DNA of 64,000 nucleotides from Enoplolaimus lenunculus (taxonomy: Eukaryota): assembly GCA_030248215.1 (NCBI GenBank), contig JASANG010003910.1, positions 124,001-188,000 on the forward strand, written 5' to 3'. How positions within the stretch are numbered: position 1 is the first letter of the stretch; each line of letters begins with the position of its first letter. The translations under genes and the position numbers were made by a program. The notes under the pieces are model-generated. The model did not search any database. It was given only the letters and a program-made list of their open reading frames with translations, and was not told where the DNA came from. Shown here one piece after another: positions 62,910 to 64,000 of the stretch.

Positions 62910-64000
62910 GTATATATATGTATATATATATATATCAGTTGCGGATGTCAAAATTTGAACCGAGGTTGGCTGAGTTTCAAAGCTCACCCTTCGCTTATTC
63001 GAATGTTTATGAAATATCAGCCACTGGTGATAGGTGTTACACTAATTTTATAATACGAATGTATGTAGATGTTTGGTCTGGGGTAAAATGGAATACGTTG
63101 GCTGTGCTTACAGAATAAATGTGCTTTTTCGGAAGCAACAGCATGGTTAGTATATATGACGGGCGGCAACTTGAAATGTTCGCATGCGCAATAAAATTTT
63201 GTTTAATTTTGTTTCAATTTTAGCTTTTTTATATTCAATTTTTAATTAAAGCATGTCAAGTTTTGTGTGATACCGACGTGTAGTCGAAGAGTAATTTCGG
63301 AATTTACAGCGGTCGCCCGGTGTGCGCGAATTGAACATATTCGCATGTTTTTCATCTTACAGGGTGATATTCATGGGCGTTATACAAAGCGCTCATAGGA
63401 GGATACATATACATCCCCCGGAAATTTCTGGGAAACTCTAAAAACGCACTTTTACAGGCGGCAGTACAGCCTTCAGAGGTCAGAAAGTTCGCTTGCAAAA
63501 ACTTTTTTAGATGTGGGTTTTCTCCTCATGAAATGAAAGTCTGGCTGCGCTCCTGGTAACACTGTAGTGATCCGAATAAGAGGGGGAGGGTGATAAGAGG
63601 AGGTAGCCATTTAGAGTCCCAATCAATAAGAGTCTGTCAGTCTGCATCCCTAATTTGAGTCCATATGAGAGACCAAAGAAGGAAAATTGCAAACACGCTC
63701 AATATGTAGCATACACTCAGACAACCAGCACAAATTGTTATTAAATGTGGAACAAAAATTAACGGACACGGCAGTCAAGAAAACCGCTCCGAGTCAACAA
63801 GTCAGATTTGCTCAAAAGAAAATTATTAAAAACAAGGGCAGTGGGTCCTACTAAAACGGGTGAACTAAAAGCAAATAGTCCGTCACCGAATAGCAGGACG
63901 GGTACTGTTGGGAGAGGCAGAATAAATATCTGTCCGTTTCCTCGTATTCGGTTCACTACAGTAGTGTGATTGTTTTTGTCTGGGTAGCGGTTAAAAATAG

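Noticed and set aside
62609..63118. 169-aa ORF MKNAFHQKFHF..., with similar ORFs at 35530 and 51835
   Set aside because: They lie within non-coding family A MITEs; stops differ between copies and there are no transposase motifs.

Overview
AT-rich animal genomic DNA with spliceosomal introns and many transposons; probably an invertebrate, but the species cannot be determined from the sequence. Bases 1 to ~24,100 are a decayed L1/Tx1-type LINE on the minus strand, split by three nested insertions. (1) A 15.9-kb Polinton/Maverick at 1346-17243 has ~80-bp TIRs and a perfect 6-bp TSD (TCTGTG). It keeps decayed virion genes (minor capsid, packaging ATPase, 3' half of the major capsid, two conserved small genes) but has no recognisable pPolB, integrase or protease. 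It carries several spliced accessory genes: a two-exon Ser/Thr kinase, an antisense membrane-protein-like gene nested in the kinase intron, a Cys-rich gene and an Asn-rich/SIM-like gene. (2) A 386-bp TIR element. (3) A 3.27-kb TIR element at 18922-22187 carries a spliced TGF-beta-superfamily ligand (pseudo)gene that the ORF track largely misses; its intron contains a Helentron-associated (HINE/DINE-1-like) element. Bases ~25,100-33,390 hold an apparently intact kinesin-2 motor gene (KIF3A-like, minus strand, at least 15 exons). The rest (~34-64 kb) looks intronic or intergenic: hAT-type MITEs with 8-bp TSDs, a PIF/Harbinger-type MITE holding a 21-bp minisatellite, and tRNA-derived SINE fragments. 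All family assignments come from manual translation and motif recognition, not database searches.
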